A stretch of DNA of 64,000 bases from Candidatus Fimihabitans intestinipullorum (GTDB lineage Bacteria > Bacillota_I > Bacilli_A > RF39 > UBA660), in the NCBI GenBank assembly GCA_018714965.1, contig DVML01000022.1, positions 1,065 to 65,064 of the forward strand, written 5' to 3'. Under the pieces are notes generated by a model. The model worked only from the letters and a program-made list of their open reading frames with translations, searched no databases and was not told the DNA's origin. Shown here piece after piece: positions 62,166-64,000 of the stretch. The translations under genes were made by a program, and so were the position numbers. How positions within the stretch are numbered: the stretch's first letter is position 1; every line of letters starts with the position of its first letter.

Positions 62166-63170
62166 ATGATGAAAAAAAGTATATTATTGTTAATGATGTT
62201 GGTTGGGAGTTTTTTACTTTTTGGATGTGGTAATTATGGTGAAAAAGATTTTTTGAAAGACTTTACAAAGAGAGTAGAAGATGCAAAAGGATATCATTTG
62301 AGTGGCGTTTTAAAAATTATAAACAACGAAGAAGCATATATATATGATGTAGATGTTGCTTATAAAAAAGAAGAACAATATCGTGTTAGCTTGAAAAATC
62401 AAACAAACAATCACGAGCAGATTATATTGAAAAATACAGATGGAGTGTATGTATTGACGCCATCGCTAAACAAAAGTTTTAAATTTCAAAGTGAATGGCC
62501 ATATAACAATTCTCAATCTTATCTGTTACAAACACTTTTAAAAGATATCAAAGAAGATAAAAATAGAAAGTTCAAAAAGGAAAAAGACGGGTATGTTTAT
62601 ACGACGAAAGTGACATATTCAAGTAATACCAATTTAAAAAGTCAAAAAATAATGTTTGATAAAGATTTAAATGTTAAAAAGGTCGAAGTTTATGATCGAG
62701 ATGGAAATGTACAAATAGAAATGAAATTTAGTCAACAAGATATGAAGGCAACATACGAAGATAAATATTTTACATTAAAGGATAATATGGCGGCTTCGGT
62801 AGAAGTGGAAGAGACGAATGAAGTGTCAGAGATCGAAGATATTATTTACCCTATGTATATACCAACGAACACACATTTAACGGACGAAGAAACGGTAAAA
62901 AAAGATGATGGAGAACGAGTTATATTGACTTTCTCAGGTGATAAGCCATTTATGTTTGTGCAAGAAACAGCATCTGTATCTGAGGATATGCTGACGATTC
63001 CGGTGTTTGGGGAACCGACAATATTGACAGATACAGTAGCAGCAGTTAGTGATGGTTCAGTTTCGTGGTCTAGTAATGGAATTGACTATTACGTTGTAAG
63101 TGATGTTATGAGTGAGCAGGAACTTTTAGATGTTGCACGATCTGTTAGTGTTATGCCACTAGGGAAATAG
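62166..63170 (+). CDS. Lipoprotein, LolA-like/DUF4367-like
   Basis: Lipobox LLFGC; LolA-like N-terminal half. Confidence 0.5.
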   Translation: MMKKSILLLMMLVGSFLLFGCGNYGEKDFLKDFTKRVEDAKGYHLSGVLKIINNEEAYIYDVDVAYKKEEQYRVSLKNQTNNHEQIILKNTDGVYVLTPSLNKSFKFQSEWPYNNSQSYLLQTLLKDIKEDKNRKFKKEKDGYVYTTKVTYSSNTNLKSQKIMFDKDLNVKKVEVYDRDGNVQIEMKFSQQDMKATYEDKYFTLKDNMAASVEVEETNEVSEIEDIIYPMYIPTNTHLTDEETVKKDDGERVILTFSGDKPFMFVQETASVSEDMLTIPVFGEPTILTDTVAAVSDGSVSWSSNGIDYYVVSDVMSEQELLDVARSVSVMPLGK

Positions 63171-63207
63171 ATACGAAAGCTGTGAAAAGCTGTATCTATT
63201 TTTTTTG
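63167..63207 (+). terminator. Rho-independent terminator
   Basis: ATAGATAC...GTATCTAT followed by T8. Confidence 0.65.
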
Positions 63208-63241
63208 TTGAAAGTATGCTATAATACTAAAAGGTGATAAA

Positions 63242-63787
63242 ATGAAACAAAAGAAAAACAACAAAAAACAGATGAAACAACAGTCAATTCAATTGACATC
63301 TCACACTGATGAATTAAGCCGATTATTTAAAATCGTATTGGTCGTCATTGTATTGTTTGCTATCTTTTATGCTATTACTTATTATGTGACAAAACATCAA
63401 AAGAATGCTACAAATAACACTACTCCAACGGAAAATGCAGTTATTCAATACGATGAAATTATGCTTGGAACTTTGCTAACACAATCACCGAGTAGTTACT
63501 ACGTATTGATAGAAAAAGATGGGGATCAATTTAATCAAACTTACGAAAGATATTTAGATACTTATAAAAATAGTGGAAAAGAAGAGGTATTACGTGTATA
63601 TACAGCGGATTTATCTGACGGATTAAATGCAAATTACATTGGAGAGGAAAATAATTTTGACTTTGAGTCGCTTTCAGACTTTAAAGTAAAAGAAACTGCA
63701 TTAGTGAAAGTAACAGATGGAAAATTGGTAGAACACTATGTTGGATCACAAGATATTTTAAATCATTTAAAAAGTATAACAGAATAA
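63242..63787 (+). CDS. Membrane-anchored hypothetical protein
   Basis: Basic N-terminus, one TM, soluble domain. Confidence 0.5.
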   Translation: MKQKKNNKKQMKQQSIQLTSHTDELSRLFKIVLVVIVLFAIFYAITYYVTKHQKNATNNTTPTENAVIQYDEIMLGTLLTQSPSSYYVLIEKDGDQFNQTYERYLDTYKNSGKEEVLRVYTADLSDGLNANYIGEENNFDFESLSDFKVKETALVKVTDGKLVEHYVGSQDILNHLKSITE

Positions 63788-63891
63788 AGTGGCAATTAAG
63801 GTTGCCATTTTATTGTGTAAAATTATGTATTTTAAGTAATTGCAATAGACATAATTTTTAAAATTGTGTTATATTATTTAAAGGTGATACT

Positions 63892-64000
63892 ATGGGAGAA
63901 GAACAAAAAAAAGTAAAGAAAACAACTGCAAAAAAAACGAAGGCAACACAATCTACAAAAAAAACTACAGCAAAAGTGACGAAAAAGCCAAGTAGTAAGA
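63892..64000 (+). CDS. 5' part of a Lys/Thr-rich protein, truncated by the window end
   Basis: RBS AAGGTGA; MGEEQKKVKKTTAKKTKATQSTKKTTAKVTKKPSSK... Confidence 0.3.
   Translation, partial: MGEEQKKVKKTTAKKTKATQSTKKTTAKVTKKPSSK

Overview
The window comes from a low-GC, spore-forming Firmicute. Host markers are a CotY/CotZ-like coat protein, a CwlJ-type germination hydrolase, cdaA-cdaR, trpS and trmL.

Three parts:
(1) 1-6.7 kb. An element that lies mostly left of the window ends here with a large serine recombinase. That gene abuts an Amidase_3/LysM gene lacking a start codon. Next come an LD-carboxypeptidase, a complete IS3-family element inserted into a terminator hairpin, and an intact paralogous amidase.
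(2) about 6.69-43.81 kb. A 37.1-kb prophage is inserted inside a cwlJ-like gene, whose two halves can be rejoined in frame at a shared CCACC core. Its modules run in this order: serine integrase; an Abi_2 abortive-infection gene; ImmA plus two tandem XRE repressors; cro-like genes; a small-ORF/hairpin/iteron region; an ERF/nuclease/NinB/SSB recombination-replication module; an ArpU-like late regulator; terminase, portal, scaffold and capsid; a tail module with no recognisable tape measure or tail tube but a 2059-aa polyvalent protein and a collagen-like fibre; holins and an amidase endolysin. A 2.7-kb accessory arm ends the prophage.
(3) 43.8-64 kb. Ordinary host genes.

The most interesting signals:
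- Two independent serine-recombinase elements sit next to interrupted cell-wall hydrolase genes. They are candidates for sporulation-linked intervening elements.
- The accessory arm (41.1-43.8 kb) holds two paralogous cassettes, each a small ORF plus an RHH-like gene, and an orphan LytTR regulator with a 51-aa peptide gene. Each small ORF or peptide gene faces a convergent consensus antisense promoter.
- A duplicated pair of signal-peptide-bearing mini-ORFs lies in the early region.

All functional calls rest on motif recognition by eye. No database search was possible.
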